Shown piece after piece: positions 61,584 to 64,000 of a stretch of 64,000 bases of DNA. The DNA comes from a virus (Duplodnaviria > Caudoviricetes), in IMG/VR virus record IMGVR_UViG_2706795719_000001, positions 64,001 through 128,000 of that record, one strand, 5' to 3'. A program made the position numbers and the translations under genes. Within the stretch, counting starts at the first letter, position 1. Every line of letters begins with the position of its first letter. The notes under the pieces are model-generated. The model did not search any database. It saw only the letters and a program-made list of their open reading frames with translations, and had not been told where the DNA came from.

Positions 61584-62055
61584 ATGCTTTAACCTCGTTA
61601 CAACAAGATACGCGTTTATAAATGACCCAATCAGTTGGGTCATATTTTCCTAAAACTACTTTTTTTGCTTCATCTAAAGAAAGTCCATCTAAATCTAATT
61701 CCATACGTGATGGATTAAAAACAGCATAAATGTCTTCTGATTCTTGTTGATCTTGTTTTTTCTGTGGTTTTTCTAACAGATTTCTTTCTTCATCTGAAGA
61801 AAAGAAAATATCAAAACCTTTAGGATTTTTTTCCTCTGGGATAATATCATCTACAGAATATAATTTCATAACACCTTGACTAGTGATAATCCCTAAGATA
61901 TCATTACTATCATTTAACCAAAAATTAGGAAATCCTAATTTTTCTAAAAACTCTATTAAACATATGTTGAAACTATACGTATATTGGTTATTGCTTAAAA
62001 CAGATGTTTTTGTGATTTCAGGATGTTTTAATTTATACTCAGTCATAGTTTTCAT
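61564..62055 (-). CDS. hypothetical protein (possible third family member)
   Basis: AGGA RBS, early promoter 62083-62112; IFFSSDEE motif. Confidence 0.72.
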   Translation of the reverse strand: MKTMTEYKLKHPEITKTSVLSNNQYTYSFNICLIEFLEKLGFPNFWLNDSNDILGIITSQGVMKLYSVDDIIPEEKNPKGFDIFFSSDEERNLLEKPQKKQDQQESEDIYAVFNPSRMELDLDGLSLDEAKKVVLGKYDPTDWVIYKRVSCCNEVKAYEFSGC

Positions 62056-62106
62056 AATATATCCTTTAAATTAATTTTGGCTATACTACACTAATTTTTA
62101 GTACTT

Positions 62107-62158
62107 GTAAACACTTATTTTCAATAAAATCAAAAAAGGAGACCGAAGTCTCCTTAAA
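62107..62158 (-). repeat. terminator+promoter cassette, copy 1
   Basis: 52-bp direct repeat, 2 mismatches versus 62456-62507. Confidence 0.9.
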
Positions 62159-62166
62159 ATTATTTT

Positions 62167-62403
62167 TCATAACGACACTAAGTCTAAGATACGCTTCATT
62201 TGACTAATAATTGCTTTACCAGAATCATTATCATAAACAAATTTTGTTAATGCTATATCTCTTATAGTAGTTGTTTTTGCTAATTCTTTAAGATCGTTGT
62301 TAAAGAAATAAAGTGCATCAGCTTCATTGTCGAAGTACTTATTATAAACCTTTTTTTCTTTAACAATTCTGTATACTAAATTATATTCAGTTGATGTTGA
62401 CAT
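62167..62403 (-). CDS. hypothetical early protein
   Basis: GGAGG RBS; flanked by the 52-bp repeats. Confidence 0.8.
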   Translation of the reverse strand: MSTSTEYNLVYRIVKEKKVYNKYFDNEADALYFFNNDLKELAKTTTIRDIALTKFVYDNDSGKAIISQMKRILDLVSL

Positions 62404-62455
62404 TTTAGACCTCCATTATTAATTGTGATCTATAATATCCTTTTTTAAAAGAGAA

Positions 62456-62507
62456 GTAAATACTTATTTTCAATAAAAACAAAAAAGGAGACCGAAGTCT
62501 CCTTAAA
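62456..62507 (-). repeat. terminator+promoter cassette, copy 2
   Basis: GGAGAC-TTCG-GTCTCC-T6 hairpin, AT spacer, (G/A)TTTAC -35. Confidence 0.9.
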
Positions 62508-62508
62508 T

Positions 62509-62643
62509 TTATTTCTTGTTACCAAGGTTAGCTAAAAACTTAGCTCGGCCATTTTCTTGTCGTTTAACAAATCCAACCAATTTATCTAAGTCTTGGTTAA
62601 TGCGTTTATTCGTTTTTCGTTTGTAACCTTTACGTGCAGACAT
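62509..62643 (-). CDS. gp30.9-like small basic protein (missing from ORF track)
   Basis: MSARKGYKRKTNKRINQ..., AGGA RBS, directly after rIII. Confidence 0.75.
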   Translation of the reverse strand: MSARKGYKRKTNKRINQDLDKLVGFVKRQENGRAKFLANLGNKK

Positions 62644-62652
62644 AATAATTCC

Positions 62653-62898
62653 TTATTTCAATGTAACAATATAATGACGAACAGCTTTACGGGCATTGGA
62701 ACTTAAATGCTTAGCATATTTTAAATTATCGTTTTCTAAAAGCTCTTGATGAAGAGATTTTTGAGCCGGATTTAAATGTTTAAAACCTTCAAGAACTTTT
62801 AGTGCTTCAGCCAGAACATCAATTGATGCTCCATAATTTTCATGGCCATTTTGAAAAGAATTACGTTGGATATCTAAAATTGTTTTTACAAAAGTCAT
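62653..62898 (-). CDS. rIII: lysis inhibition accessory protein
   Basis: QRNSFQNGHENYGASIDVLAEAL...GFKHLNPAQ. Confidence 0.93.
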   Translation of the reverse strand: MTFVKTILDIQRNSFQNGHENYGASIDVLAEALKVLEGFKHLNPAQKSLHQELLENDNLKYAKHLSSNARKAVRHYIVTLK

Positions 62899-62970
62899 AA
62901 GTGCCTCAAAAATGCGAGGTTAATATTTAGTGGTCTAATTGACCACCGTTTAGAACATTAGTTCATATAC

Positions 62971-63294
62971 TTATTTATACACTGCTGCGATTGACCTGTA
63001 ATGGGCCGTAATAAATTTTTGGTCTAATTCTTTAGCTTTTTTATTATTAAAAACTGTTTCTGGGTGAGGGACATTACGCATATTACCATTTGGTAAAGGC
63101 ACAACGTCACCAATTTCAAAATAACCTTTAGGAACACTATCGCCGATAGAATAAATTTCACCCAATTGTGGGATTTCTCCTTCAGCCCGTTGAGTTGAAA
63201 TAATAATACCACTAGAAGATCGTTCTTCTGTTCCTGCAGATTTAGCAATTGCCGTGATAACAACGGATTCGCCAAGAGCTTTAATATCTTTCAT
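62971..63294 (-). CDS. 31: gp31 co-chaperonin
   Basis: IKALGE.V...SSGIII...GDVVPLP.G....VPHP. Confidence 0.93.
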   Translation of the reverse strand: MKDIKALGESVVITAIAKSAGTEERSSSGIIISTQRAEGEIPQLGEIYSIGDSVPKGYFEIGDVVPLPNGNMRNVPHPETVFNNKKAKELDQKFITAHYRSIAAVYK

Positions 63295-63611
63295 TAAACC
63301 AACCTTAAAATTTCTTCATACAACATAGAATTAACAGAAATAATATTTTCAGTAATAATAGAACGCCATGCATTAATTTCGGTATCAAATACACGAATAT
63401 AACTTGGAGTTTTAGTTTCTTTTTCTGTTAACAGTTTTGAATCATCTTGTTTAGGATGATATTCTGTAGGAATAATATCATAATCTAACGTACAGCGAAT
63501 AACACGAACTGAATTATCTTTTTTCTTAAAAACTATTTCGTTTTTACCATTATGTAATAACGTACGAATTAACGCATTTAATTTAGTTTTTCTTTCTTCT
63601 GTAAGTTTCAT
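63294..63611 (-). CDS. gp31.1-like protein
   Basis: F.KKD.S.R...CTLD...VFDTE..AWRS; synteny. Confidence 0.8.
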   Translation of the reverse strand: MKLTEERKTKLNALIRTLLHNGKNEIVFKKKDNSVRVIRCTLDYDIIPTEYHPKQDDSKLLTEKETKTPSYIRVFDTEINAWRSIITENIISVNSMLYEEILRLV

Positions 63612-64000
63612 TTTACACCACAATAGTTAGTTATAGTAGACCAATCAATATGATTAAGATTAGAACGTTCGTATTTAATAACTTCAATGCCTGAATCTAA
63701 TAGAATTTTGTCCCAACCGGGAACATTTCGGTCATATGTTTCTGCATACACGAGTTTTTTAATACCTGATTGGGCAATTGCTTTAGCACAGTCAGGGCAA
63801 GGGGATAATGTCACATACATAGTCCCACCATCAATAGAAATACCGTTTCGAGCAGCAAAAATAATAGCATTTAATTCTGCATGGATTTCATGTTTAGAAG
63901 ACCAATCATTATGATGTTCACGGAATTCCATATTTAACCCGGTTATAGATTTTGGTCGAGAACCACCATTAATAATTAAAGGCTTAGTCCAACCCTGGTC
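63608..64000 (-). CDS. cd: dCMP deaminase (5' part outside window)
   Basis: HAELNAI, TLSPCPDCAKAIAQSGIK; frame open to the window end. Confidence 0.96.
   Translation of the reverse strand, partial: DQGWTKPLIINGGSRPKSITGLNMEFREHHNDWSSKHEIHAELNAIIFAARNGISIDGGTMYVTLSPCPDCAKAIAQSGIKKLVYAETYDRNVPGWDKILLDSGIEVIKYERSNLNHIDWSTITNYCGVK

Overview
AT-rich segment of a T4-like (Straboviridae-type) myovirus genome. It runs from the end of the tRNA cluster (Pro, Ile2/Met-CAU, Tyr, Arg, plus a broken Asn) through 57B/57A/1/3/2/4 and the virion module (53,5,6-12,wac,13-24). It continues through an accessory rnlB region, a block (54-48-29-28-27-51-26-25-uvsY-uvsW-inh-hoc) that is inverted relative to T4, then alt, DNA ligase 30, 30.2, 30.3, 30.9, rIII, 31, 31.1 and the 3' part of cd. 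Gene calls come from motif recognition and synteny, not from database searches. The features not explained by the T4 template are as follows. (1) A ~160-210 bp non-coding cassette (AT-rich repeat - GC hairpin with GCA triloop - AT-rich repeat) occurs twice, 44 kb apart and in inverted orientation, with the triloop flipped relative to its flanks so that GCA is on the + strand at both sites. (2) A 688-aa amphipathic/coiled-coil protein is translationally coupled to the gp5 spike, in place of 5.1/PAAR 5.4. (3) Stand-alone SLOG and Macro genes flank RNA ligase 2, alongside NADAR, Alt and Acb1 elsewhere. (4) A ~103-nt four-way-junction RNA candidate lies directly 3' of tRNA-Pro. (5) Two divergent proteins carry capsid-targeting sequences. 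(6) gp12 and fibritin have similar, non-T4 C-terminal domains. Gene 10 is split by a -1 frameshift that is probably a sequencing error.
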